Source: Phallusia mammillata (taxonomy: Eukaryota). From it: a stretch of 64,000 nucleotides of DNA. Within the stretch, counting starts at the first letter, position 1. Each line of letters opens with the position of its first letter. Location of the stretch: contig OZ281499.1 in assembly GCA_965637545.1 (NCBI GenBank), positions 3,906,001 to 3,970,000 on the forward strand, read 5' to 3'. Shown here in pieces: positions 37,130-49,580 of the stretch. The translations under genes and the position numbers were made by a program. Under the pieces are notes generated by a model. The model was not told where the DNA came from, searched no databases, and saw only the letters and a program-made list of their open reading frames with translations.

Positions 37130-39819
37130 TACAAGATACAAAGCAGATAGCTTGGCACCAACGCATTTTCCGAGTGTATCGAAAACCGTTTGGCTGTTTT
37201 TTACAGCTAGACAAAAGCTTTCTCACTATCACGTTTATCAATTGCAAAACAAGTTTAGCTCAAAAACTAATGGTAAACAAGTCAGTACTATTTTTCATCT
37301 TGATTAAATAACACAAAAAGAGTGATGCTTATACTGATGCTGAAGCCTTCTGAACTGTCACGTGTTACGTGCTTTGACGTTTTAGTTTACCCTTTTGGGG
37401 TTCTTTTTTTGACAGCTTGTTGCTACCAGCAACTCACTGTGTTTGTTGAAAATATAATAGCCCCGTGTTTCTATTCAGTCGTTTGGGATTTTCCTTGGCT
37501 GCCGTATATTAGGAAATCAGACGATATGCTTTTGTTTGTTGCTACCGACACATCACTATATTTGTTTACTCTGTAACAAAGTGCGTATATTTCAATAGCG
37601 CAATAACAAAAAATTCTAAAGATAAAAGATTTTTTTTATTTCCAGGGGTTTCCAAGCCTTTATTTACACCACCCCATTCAGAACTTTGCACCCAAAGTCA
37701 ATAAAGCCCGCTCACAATGTAATGGACTATAATAAAAGAGACAACGTACAAAGCCATGGATGTGGGTATTGACATACAAAACATTGGATCCCAAACTTTT
37801 CGATTGTATTTTCAGCAAGATGCAGAATTTGAGGACGTTTTGCAAACTTTTAATGCAATAGTCTCAAAATCTAGCTTGCATTTACAAAACACTGCTTTTT
37901 GCTTACTTTCTGAGATCAGCCCGCATAAACCACTTCTGCTCAGAAAAATATTGGGACGCGAAATCATTATCACGAGTAAATACCAAGTAAATTTGCACAC
38001 CTCAGCGAACTTGACATGTAAACATGGCATAATGCAGTTGGCTTGCACCATTTGGTTGTTGCAATTAGTAGTTTAAAAGATTACACAAGTAATGTGATGT
38101 TTTTACTGACTCTGAAGCTGACAACCTTGTGAAACAGTGTTTCCTCCTTATATTCAGACCTTTAGGGTTTTCCATGCTTGCATGTATTTTTGGGGTTATG
38201 GACTCAATTTACACTTTCACTGATGAGGGTCGACATGTTTTATGTTTTGTTTTCGCCTTTTTGAGACCAACCCAGGATATTTTGAATTCAAAACTTTTTC
38301 AGTACCCATTCAAACTTAATTGCTTAGTCATAATGACTCTGTTGTTTACTAAACCACAGTGACAGAACTTGCGTTTTCGGTTACCTTTTTTTCTTTGTCT
38401 GTCTTTAATTAGTTACCTTTTTTTCTTTGTCTGTCTTTAATTAGGAAATACCCGCTGTATTCGTTTTACGCATCTACTGACAAGCGTCGTTTCGTTCTGT
38501 CTTTTGTTGACAACCTGTCGTTGGTAACAATGCACTATATTTGTTTCAAGACTTTTTCAGTAACCCCTTAAACTTAAATGCTCAACCACAGTGACCCTGT
38601 TGTTTACTGCTGTTGCAGAACGTTCACCAAAGAGGTATAGCTTTTATTACATCTACTAACAGAAATATGTACTAAAACGTATATTAATTGGATAAAGGCA
38701 GTGTGTCTCAAACTTTTTCATTATTTTTCAAAACGGTCCATTTGCCATTATTTCGAGAGTTCGCGGTCTTTAAGCCTGAATGCGTTTTTCAGAAAAACGA
38801 AAGTTGATTGCAAGATTTTACCTACTTATGCAAAATTGTGCATAATAATGATCCAAAGATAGCCTGTGACATCACAACCTTTTCGCGGCCTCCCCAAAAT
38901 TGCCTCCCGGACCTTCTAAAGGCGGTGGACCCGAGTTTAAGAATCGCTGGTTTAAGGACATATAAACCAGTGCCAATCGTTTTATAGGTAAGGTACTTCA
39001 ATGTTTGTGACCCAAACCAACTTTTGTTTCACACTTACAAGCAGTACTACGTTATTGCGTAGCTTGTTCTAGCGATTGACTCAGACCTTATACGCCATTA
39101 AAACAGAAGAAATTGTTTAGACTTTAAGTGCCAATTTAAAGCTACAGAATTGGTAAAATATCATAATTGCTTTCTTCATGAGAGAGTTTTGTCCATACAC
39201 TTCATGACGATAGCGAATAAACTTTAGTCACGCACGGGACCATTTTAAATGCTAAAACAAAGATTCTAAGTTTTTTTAGGTCTCAGACCATTATGTATTT
39301 AGTATGGAAAATAGGATATTAACTCTTCAATATATCTGTGTTAATCTTTGTTCGCCAGTCAATCAGAAGCAATGGCTTGGCTTGTTCCAACTTATCTATT
39401 TGATTTAAACACGGTGCTAAAATAATTTCTCTGTTCATGTTTACGTAAGAGTTGTGTGCTTTTATTATTCAATTAAAACTTTTTTGCAACATCCCAAATT
39501 AAACAAATGTAACTATCAGTTGACATTCTTTTGTTAGGTAAATACTTTGATGAAATTTATTTGTGCTTGAGGAAATATATTGTTGTCAAAACACTTTTAC
39601 CACAAAAAGAATGTGGTTAGAATTAAAACATTCAGCAAATCCTTAGGCTTTTGTATTTTTTGATGTTTCGACTTTTGGAAACTTTCTAACTTAATATAGT
39701 AACACCTTTAAAATAAACGAAATCAGTAAATGTATTTAAGAATATATACTACAAATCATTTCATCTACACTCTACAGCACAGCAAACAGTAAAAGTACAT
39801 GAGAAAACTATTTCTTTTA

Positions 39820-42800
39820 CTACAATGACCCAACAATAAACTTAAAAACAGTCAAGCATCCCAAAATAATCCAGAACAGCTTAGGGTAAATCGCTGGGGC
39901 ATGACCGGTCGTAACAGTTGTAATTTCCGGCGGCTTGGTCGTATCCGGTTCTTGAAAGAAGCCAAAGTAACGATATTACATGAGCTTGCAAACATTTGTT
40001 TTCCTATTCTAAGGGACAAGCTTAAGAAATTTTTAAATTTTCACTAAGTTGAATTGAGTTGTGTATTTTTCGCTTGGTGGAAGCATAAACCAGTGGTTCG
40101 AAAACTTTTTCATATTTTTTTCAAAACGGTCCCTTCGCCATTATTTCGAGGGCTCGCGGTCCTTAAGCCTAAATGTGTATTTAAAAAAAAACGAAGGTTG
40201 ATTGCAGAATTTTAGCTAGTTATCCAAATTGCGCATAACAATCATCCAAAGACAGCATGTGCCATCACAAACGGGACAAAAACATTACGACTATGCGCGA
40301 ACAATTGCATTTTTGAAAGTTGTCATCCAATAAAGGCCATTGTTTAGCAATGGAGACAGTCGATTTTCTCAATTCTACTTTGAATTAAACTTATTTAGTG
40401 GCACAAACTGACGCCAAATAAGATTGTGGAATTACGTCAACCGCTTTGCGGTCCCCCCAAAATTGCCTTACGGACCCCTAAAGGACCGCGGACCCCAGTT
40501 TTGGAACCGCTGCACCAAACAATCACTTAGCCGAAAATAGCTGCGCGACGTTGTCAAAAAACATTAGGTGGATAATGACTGAATGCGCTGCAGCTACACT
40601 GCTTATGCATTTAAGCTATAAGATTAGTTACTCGATCTTTTTCAACCTTTTGATAATAAAAAAGAACTTAAACTACAGGCAGTTTCGACGTGTAAGGTCT
40701 CATTAGTGCAGCAGCTTGTACAAAATAACACACCCTTAGTTTGGCAAAAATTCCCATAAACTTTACAACATTAATTCAACACTGACCTGAAATTTGGCCT
40801 ACAATTCTTAGGCCAGCAGACTGTGGAAGATTGATAGTATCGGTTTCTGCGTTTTTTGCGTCACGAACTGGAGTAATGACGTCATCATTGTCGTTGTGTG
40901 TGTTGACATCTCTCTTACTCATCAAAGGAAGTCTAAAGGTTTGAAGCTTTTAAGAAAGTTTCATTATTTACATTTGAAAAAAACTAACTAATGTACAGTG
41001 GATGCATTGCCCTTTGGATGTTATCTCACGCAATAAGTCGCAGCAGCCATCGTTTAACTTACCTGGAAATCGTGCTTCTTTTATTTATCCCACCTCCAAG
41101 CAGACATCCATTAGAACAACGCGTCCCACTAAACTGCGTCGCACAGACAACCACTTCACACTGAAAAGTACAAATTTTACGTCACCACCATCAAAGGTTT
41201 CGTTTTTGGACCTGTGACACCTGAACTCATCTGGAGCTCGTAAATGTGCTTTAACGATTCAGTACAGTAAAGCCAAACATAATTAAAATGGTATCATGCA
41301 AATTGATTTACAGTGGTTTTGAATCGTTATTTTATTATATTTCATAAACTTTGTTAACTAACCAATAAAAAATACTGCTCAGACGTACATTACTTAAATT
41401 GAGCGTTTAGGAATCTGCATATCACGCAAGATTTTGAACCAGTTACATGAAAAAGGCCCAGTTTGATAATGACTAACCCAGTTTCAAATGCTTGATACAA
41501 TTTTATGCATTTAATAAATTGTATCAAATATTGATAGAATTAATTTCATTGTATCACCTATTAATTTCTTTATATCACTCAATGATTTGACATAAATATC
41601 TTATTCTACACGTTTGAAAGTTTCAAGTTGAAGTGTTTAGAAATACATTTACCTGTATTACAACATTGGTGTTTTCAGTGATACCAGGTAGATTGGTTTG
41701 GAATTGAAACGCTTTTACGCTAAATTGGTTTTTCAGTGGATTGGTTGATGGGTATTGCTGCATAGTTTCGTCATAGATACATCTAAAAAAGTGACAATTT
41801 AAACATGAATAAGGGAAGCATAGATATATATATATATATCTTTGCAATTTGCTAACAGTAACTAATAAGAATGTGTTTATTGAAATGAATTAAAACACTT
41901 GTATAACAGTGTTTCACGCAAGCTGCATACAGTGCGCATTGTTTGGACCTACTTTGGATCTAATCGGTGCAGCTGGTGACATGACATTGACTGTATAGTA
42001 TAGTGTAGTCATCTGGCGTTTTATTGCAAAGCTGTTACATGCCCATTACATATTTCCTGTTATTTAAATCAGCCCTTGGAGCTCAAACACATGCCAAGCT
42101 TACCCTTCTCCAATCATACTGTAGTGGCCAATGTTTTCAGGGTTGGGGTCGGGTTTCGCAACACAATTAGTTGTAAATAGCTCTACGTCAGTATCTGTTG
42201 TCTCAGCGAGGATTGCGAAATACACATCATCATTGACGTCAACGACAAGCGGGTAGTCATGTGCTGAATACGCGCTCTGCAATTTAATAAAGCATAAATT
42301 TTAAATCTAATGTAAGGTTTACCTTTTTATATCAAGGTTTAAATCAAAAACTAACAGTACAAATGTGACGCAAAAGTGCTACCTAAAAACCCAGTCAGTT
42401 CATAAAATAAATATTTTATCCGCATATAATTGAATAATTTGTGAACTGGTTTTCCGCCGGTGCGCCGCAGCACTATGATATGTTATTTGTATCGTCTGGG
42501 GTGCCCCCCAAACACCTAATTGAAATATTTTTTTGCACACTTCGTAATAGTAACTATTGCACACTTCGTAATGGTAAACAACATTTTACTGTTATTTATT
42601 GAAGAATGCAACTTAAATTAGCAATAAAGCATAATAAGATAACTTAGACGCTTGTGAGTTTGCCGAAATTTTTTGTCTCGTTAAGGTGGTGCATCTAATA
42701 TATAGGAGATCGCTTGGGTCACTTGAATCGCTCGGTACACATTTATGTGGCTCGGTGCAACTTCATAATGCTAGGTGCATCTTTACCTAGCGATATAAAG

Positions 42801-45800
42801 GTGCGCTAAGTGGCATAATTTTGCACCAATTGGTGTAAATGTGCACCGAGCGATATTAAGGTTCACCAAGCGAAATACAGGTGCGCAAGTGTTATTAGGG
42901 TGCGCCAAGCGGTGTTAATATTGCACCAAGCGATCCAAGTGATCTAAGCGACCCTGTATATGTTAGATGCACCACTTGTTTGAATGTGTTGTAGGCAAAA
43001 AAAGGCTTGGTGCTAAGCATATTGAAACTTACGATAAATGTAGAGTCTCTGTAAAAATCGAAGGTGATTTCTATATCTGCGAATCCTTCTTCACCGATGA
43101 TTGTAATTGGGTCCTGTGGGGCGAAGCTTCCGGACGTCTCAAAATACTTTTCATTGGCACAAGTCGTTTCAATCGAATACCAACGACTGCGTGATACCAA
43201 GTCACTGCCAGTATCACTGTTAGATTCCACCCTCATTTTTACCGTGTTTTTATGTCTCACATGGTTAAATTCGGTTTCCTTGACAAAAAAATTAACAGCT
43301 TTCATATGTCTTGTTAGAAACACTAAATTTAAAGTGTATCAATATTGAACTTACGCAACAGGGTTGTCCTGTTTTTTGTCTGTTATTGAGTTAAACTGTA
43401 TTTCGTACAATCGTATTCATAAGGAAACAATGTATAAGCTGTTGCTACCAGGCAAAGTATATCAAATTTATGGGGCTCTTCAGGCAATTGTATTTTTATA
43501 CCGACGTTACAAACTTTGAAACAAACAAATCTACTGTGCAAAAGGGATCCCATTGTACTATGAGTACAATGCGCACAAACTATTAGCCTAGCACGAACAG
43601 ACGTTATTGGAAGCAAAATGTGTTTTAAAAATCTCGTTTACTTTTCTTAAGATATATCCTACAGCAAACAAATGCATTTGAACATGCTTACCACCACAAC
43701 AGTGCCACATTCATTAAGTCCAAAGTCGAACTCGTAGTAATCATCAAAATCGGTTCCCCGGCATTCAATCGGAGTTATCAAATCACTTCCGTCCGGGTAA
43801 ATCCCCCCAAGGTAATAATCATAGTAATTGTCGTTGCTCACAGGGTAATCTCCCAAACCGATTGCTCCATCGTACGCACATTTGTCCACGCGAATCGTCA
43901 TTCTTGTTTCAGAACACGAACTTGACATTTGTGCTTTAAACAAAAACATTTAGTAAAAGATTGGAATGAGCTGTTTCCCGGCCCCGACGGAACAAGCCCG
44001 AAACCAGGCACGAAGCAGTTTTTGGAAAGCTCGTATAAGCCCGAAAGTTGAGTTTGATTAAAGACAACAAACTTTATGACAATGGTCTTAAACATGGCGT
44101 TTCGGTACTGTTGGGCATTAAGTAAATTTTAGCAATGAGCTTCTTAGCCAGTTTTTATGTAAATAATCTGACACAGAGTGTAAAGTCAGGCCCGAAATCA
44201 AGCCCCATATTTTAAATCAAGCCCGTTATACCTAAGCCCGAACCCGGCCCGACTTACAACTCTGGGCAAGCACGGGTTGTATCGGATACGCCTGATTTTA
44301 ATTGCATTTTTAAAAAACGGTGATAGTTTAGAACTTGCATTCCCTGGATTAGTTATTCTCAACTGTCAAACTCTCGGTGTGATTCTGCCAGTAATTTTGA
44401 AGTTTTAAGTTTGATTCTACGATTAAATTGGAAATAGTGGCGACTTTTCTACAAACAAACAATTAAGCTATTGCATTTTTTTGAAATATCAATTCATTAT
44501 TTTATACAACTATTATTGGGATGCTATGTTAATTCGAAGTTATGCTATGATAGTACTCCACGTCCATTAAAGGTGTTATACCGAATCAAGCCGGTGTGGC
44601 AAGGTACAGACTAAAATAATTTAGCGGTGAGATTCGAAAAAATGCGACAAGAGCCTTTCCTGGACTCGCGATTGACCGACAAGCTGCACAGGCTACATGA
44701 TAAGCCAGTCAAAATTCGAAAAACAAGCACCATGGCATGCTTCGAAAGCTGCACATGTCAGTTTCGTAGTAGGAGATCTCCAGATTATCGTAAAAATTTG
44801 ATCAATGGGGTCAGTCTTAGAGCGTTCATGCAGACCAGCAATGACTTATATATCAAAAATAATGCACCAAGCTTAAAGCCCAGGAATAGATACTGTTGTA
44901 ATAATATGGTGCTTACGCAAACATCTTAGACCGTCCGATGCGAGTTTCCAGCAAGTTTGGTGACATGAACAAGTTACTACACCTCTCGTAGATGAACAAT
45001 TATCACTGCAGCCTCCGTTGTTTATTTGGCAAGGGTCGATATCTAAAAGCACGCAAGATTTTTTTTTGATAATGATGTTTGGAACAAGTTTAATGTAAAA
45101 AGTTTGCAGAAGCTATTTTTCTTTTCTAAAGCAGAAGCCGAAACAAAATCTTTTAAAATAATATGTTTTTAGCATGACAAAAAATGTTCTCACCATCTAC
45201 ATAAAGTTGCAAACATCTCTGTTGAGTATGAATTCTGAAACCACAAACACAAACTATAATCAAGTTTATAGAGTTCTTTTGGCAAATGTATTTTTTCCGA
45301 CGTTTCCTCGTACTATACAGGTCGTCTTCATCAGGGTAAATAACACTAAATGACTATAATATTCGCGATTTATATAAGCTATATCTTCTCACGATACACA
45401 ATGAGCAAGTAGATAAAAGTAAAAAGACAGACAAGCATGTGTACGTAAACATACCCTGTACCATCACTTGCACTGTAGCACATGTAGTTGAATCCTGTGC
45501 TGTTTTCTGTGGGTGTCCATTCAAGTGTATATTGATACACATTGTCACTTGTGTGATCTGGGCCTTGCCATTGCAAGTCACTAATGCCAAGCACAAGGAA
45601 ACTTTCCGAGCTAAAAAGCAAAATTCAACAAATGATTCTGTGTGTAATGTAACAAGCCTCAGGGTAAACGAAATACTTTGCAGTGTTCTGTTACATTTCT
45701 AGGACTATTAACAACGCATATCAACACAGTAAATTTTAACTTAGTTTTTCCCCAAAAGGTCCAAGACTAACGTTCATTAAGTGAAATTATAGTATTACCT

Positions 45801-47786
45801 TTAATATGATATAAGTTACTAATCAGTCAATAAAAAAGTATTTAAGAAAGACAAGTATTTGAGCGGTAAATTTGACAAACCAAATTTGTTCTGAAAAAAT
45901 TACCCGTTTTTCGACTCAACAGTTACAGTTGTTTGCCAAAGATATCCAGAACTCAGTGCATAGATTTGATTATGATCTGGGGTTGGGTCAATGAAGGTTG
46001 GTTTGTCGGAGCAATTGTCCGACGAGTATGTCACTAAAAACGGTTTAGGAATTTGTATAAAAAACTATATTAGCTTGTGTCATTACTTCACGAAAGTAGC
46101 AAATGGTAAATCAAGTAACTTTAGAGATTTACTATATATGACTTTTGGACCACGACAAGTAAACGCTGCATTTGACGTTTCCTTGTTTTGTAAGTTATTT
46201 GAATTTGTAAGTAACGACCTTCTATAACAAACTGCAGAGAGCTGTAGCTGAGAACTTGCGAAGTTGAACTTGAATAATCTTCGATAATGAGAGGAATGGC
46301 AACTCTTTCTTCGTCTCCCTCTCCGTCGTAATGTATCCGGCATTCGTTCTATCAAATGTGGTTTCATATAAGGTGGAAGTAACATTAAAAACAAATCTTA
46401 TCGAACTTACCTCTGTAGACGAATACGTCAGATTAAAGTTATGATGTCTATTCTGATACACGTTATACCCTTCGTCATAACTGTTGGCATAGCGACATGT
46501 GACGTGATCACCATCTTGGTCTATCATCGGAATAACCAGGGTGTCTGGGCAGCCAATCACAAACCTGTTAAGATTTTTCATTGTTTTTGTTTCACCCAGA
46601 AACGCTTTATGTAAAAGAAAAAAACGTTCGTTCAGGTGTTTGCTGAATTCGCTTTAATGCAAAATGGTTTTATTTAAGCTTTGTGTGGTGTACAAATCAA
46701 ATACCTGACAATCGGTCGTTGTAGGGCGATTGGAGATGAATTGATTTTACCACCTCGTCTTTCAAGATTTATATAAACTGGTAAGCTCCATCCATAATAC
46801 TCATATAAATAGTCCACCCAGCAACAGCCATAGTGACTGAAAAACACAATTATGCTTTAGTTTACTGGTATTTTAATGTTTAATCTGGGGACATTTTAAA
46901 GATTAAAAAAATAGAAATTGACATTAGTTCTTTGATAAGCTCGAGTAAACGTAAGAAGGATATTTTAATGTCAAAGCTCTTAGTGAGCTAAAAACTTATT
47001 AAAAAATTTTAATACCTATTATTGCGCTATCATTATATTCTGTTTAACCTTAGCTTGCTTGAAACTCCTTCCGTTACGTTGATGAAAGTAGATCCTTGTA
47101 GCACGGTAGCAACAGAATCAAAGCTGTAGCTCAGATAGGTTAAATTAACATGAAGTTGGTCTGTCACGGCCGTGATGTGCCAACCGTTGAAGGTGTAAAA
47201 GTATGCGGTATAATGTCCGCCATAATATCCGCCTGTATTCAATTGGTTTGTCACTTTTATCTAAAAAAGTAAATTATAAAAGGTAAATGTAAAGCTTAAT
47301 TAGAACAAAATCTATTAAACGGTAATTGGCGATGCCTTCTAAATAGGCGAAAATTAATATATCTGCAAATAAAAGATTTCGCTGATCGTCTGCCGTTTTT
47401 TTTTTACTATATTTTGTATGTTATAAAAAAGGTGCGCAAATACGGTTTTAAAGATTCTAACAAAAAATAAACCAGCAGCCAATCGAATTCATAAGTGTAA
47501 AAACAAGCGGCAATTAAAACTATTAAAAGCATTACATAGGAAAAAACGAGGCGAATCGCAGGTGAAAATCTTTTTTTTAAATCATTGTGAGTGACACAAG
47601 TTTTAATATATTGGCTTGTTTACTACTTGGAAAGAGTATAATAATATCAGCTTTATCATCACTTACAGTAACTATTCCTTCGTGCTCTTGGAATACTCTC
47701 CAGTAAGCAGCCCCTCCATAGGTAAAACTGCAATCGGTAGAAGCAAATACTTTCAGAAGTATTAAGAGGCAGATTACCACACGCAT
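39820..47786 (-). CDS. Secreted, probably GPI-anchored EGF+ZP-domain protein, copy 2 (apparently intact, about 15 exons)
   Basis: Signal peptide MRVVICLLILLKVFASTDC; N-terminal region with YGGAAYW, GCCW, INSSPIA and IPMIDQDGDHVTCRYA; EGF exon 44917-45042 (DPCQINNGGCSDNC..CSCHQTCWKLASDGLRC); ZP-N (CSETRMTIRVDKC..ECGT); ZP-C (NCVAKP, GCIYDET, FSVKAFQF, CEVVVC); KR cleavage motifs; last exon 39820-39950 ending in a hydrophobic tail with no cytoplasmic domain (..GHAPAIYPKLFWIILGCLTVFKFIVGSL*). Confidence 0.88.
40091..40512. mobile_element. hAT-type MITE; internally deleted relative at 38699-38949
   Basis: TIRs cagtggttcgaaaact / agttttggaaccgctg; body shared with 38699-38949. Confidence 0.75.
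40673..40711 (-). ncRNA. Degenerate hammerhead motif (same intron position as the 21462 copy)
   Basis: ctgca CTAATGA gacc ttaca cgtc GAAA ctg cc tgtag. Confidence 0.55.
41922..41973 (-). ncRNA. Degenerate hammerhead motif
   Basis: gctgca CCGATTA gatcc aaagta ggtc CAAA caatgcgcactg TA tgcagc; 6-bp stem I intact. Confidence 0.55.
42703..42958. mobile_element. TA-flanked MITE with about 21-bp internal subrepeats
   Basis: Ends tcgcttgggtcacttgaatcgctcggt / accaagcgatccaagtgatctaagcga are inverted; repeated ggtgcaccaagcgat-like units; remnant at about 27843-27973. Confidence 0.6.
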
Positions 47787-48091
47787 GGCCAATGGTTTAG
47801 TGCAGTGTCACCAAAAATATCTTCCAGTCAGAACACCTTCATTAGAGCATTAAATAATGAGAAAATGAAACATTTAAAGCTGTTTATACCACAACATAAA
47901 TATGTTTTTACGCCAAAAATGTCGGATAAATATAGTACAAAAATTTAGACTTTCATATGATACAAAAAAATTTCCACACGTTTACATGAATTTTTTTCCA
48001 GGAGCTGTCGAAAAAAATGCTATGTCATGACCGGGTGTTATTATTAGCTTGTTAAAACAAGTAACAGCGGCTAATAGTTAACATTATAGCA

Positions 48092-48307
48092 CAGTTGTCG
48101 GCAACCGCCAGTCCGCGGCCCTTGTTACCGGGTTGTTTACATTTTCTGGTCAGGTGCTTTGAAATATTTTGCCCATGCTTCCCTGGGATTATAAACTAAC
48201 TTATGCTTTTTTATTCGTGAATATTTGTAGTTTTTTAATGGCCGGTCCGCGATTAAATTTCTGTTTCAAAAAAACGGTCCGCAGTGCAAAAAAGTTGCCG
48301 ACCCCTG
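48092..48307. mobile_element. hAT-type MITE
   Basis: TIRs cagttgtcggcaac / gttgccgacccctg; imperfect 8-bp TSD ttatagca / ctatagct. Confidence 0.7.
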
Positions 48308-49580
48308 CTATAGCTTATATCCACAATGCTGGAACTGTAAATCGCAAACTTAGTAAAAAAGCAGTTGACTTTGCCAGGCAATAACGTTGATTTTAATGAT
48401 TTGCCTTGACCAGCAGACCTGATTTAGCAACTCACGTGGTAAACCAGCTTTTTATACTCAATGCGTTCAATGTAACAAAAAAAAACAGTGTTGGGCAAAG
48501 TATCTTACCAGGCATGTCAAGTCATGTCTCTTAGGTAAGAGTTTCCCACCAAGTCAGGTAATTCCCACACATGGAACACGGGTTAAGTCAAGCCTTGTAC
48601 ACAGCAGTTTAAGTCCTCCATCCCAGCAGTTTGAGCAACTCGTTCGTTGTTTTGAGTTAAACATCTGCTATCATTGATATTGACACATGTACGGTCCGAC
48701 TATAAACCTTCCGTGGTGATAATGTTGTACCTGCAACTAATCTAGAAGAACAAAATTCATATCCAAGCTTAATAAAAAAAATCAAAACTAAGAGCTTTCC
48801 TCCTTCCGTAAAACTGTTTATGTTATTGCTGACTACTAGCTGACCATAAAGGTAATAAATTATCTAGGTTCTGCAGGGAGTGTTAAACAAGTGTCCACTA
48901 TTTTCCCATATTTATTAAATAACACGAGAAGCGTGGTACTTTCACAGACCATGAAGCTGATAGCCCTGTGAATCTCGTGTAACTTGTGTCTTTTTCGACG
49001 TTTTGGGTTACCCTTTCAGGCTTGTCTGTCTTTTGTTAGGAAATTGGCCCATGAATTAAACTTACGCCGCCATTGGAGAGCGTAGCGTCGATCTGTCGTT
49101 TGTTGACACCCTGTTGCTACCAACAATTCACTGTATTGGTCTTAAAACTTTCCCAGTATCCCCTCAAACTTAAATGCTCAGTCATAGTGGCCCTGCTGTT
49201 TACTAAACTGCTATGTGACAAACGTAATCCAAAGCATAGCGTTTTACTTCCTACTAACCTATATGTGTCTACTTGCATGTTTACGTAAGAGTGGCGTACA
49301 TGTATATTTTATCATTCATTCAAAACCCTTTTGCAGTCATATCTGACTTCATAAATCGTCTGGCCTAATCTCATCATGTAGCTATCAGTTGTCATTCTTC
49401 TGATAAGTAACTCCTTCGATGCAAGTTGCTTAAGGAAATCTATTGTTTCTAACTGAATCAATATAACAAGTTTTGAATAAAAACAGAATCAGTGAATGTA
49501 TTTAAGAATATATAGTACAACTCAATTCATCTACAGCACAGCAAACAGTAAAAAAGTATGTTGGAAAGCTATTTCTTTTA

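Noticed and set aside
19558-47786. The Sib-like ('integrin beta-like') ZP proteins as beta partners of the adjacent integrin alphas
   Set aside because: They lack a betaI/vWA MIDAS domain, a transmembrane helix with cytoplasmic tail, and NPxY motifs. Adjacency alone is not evidence.
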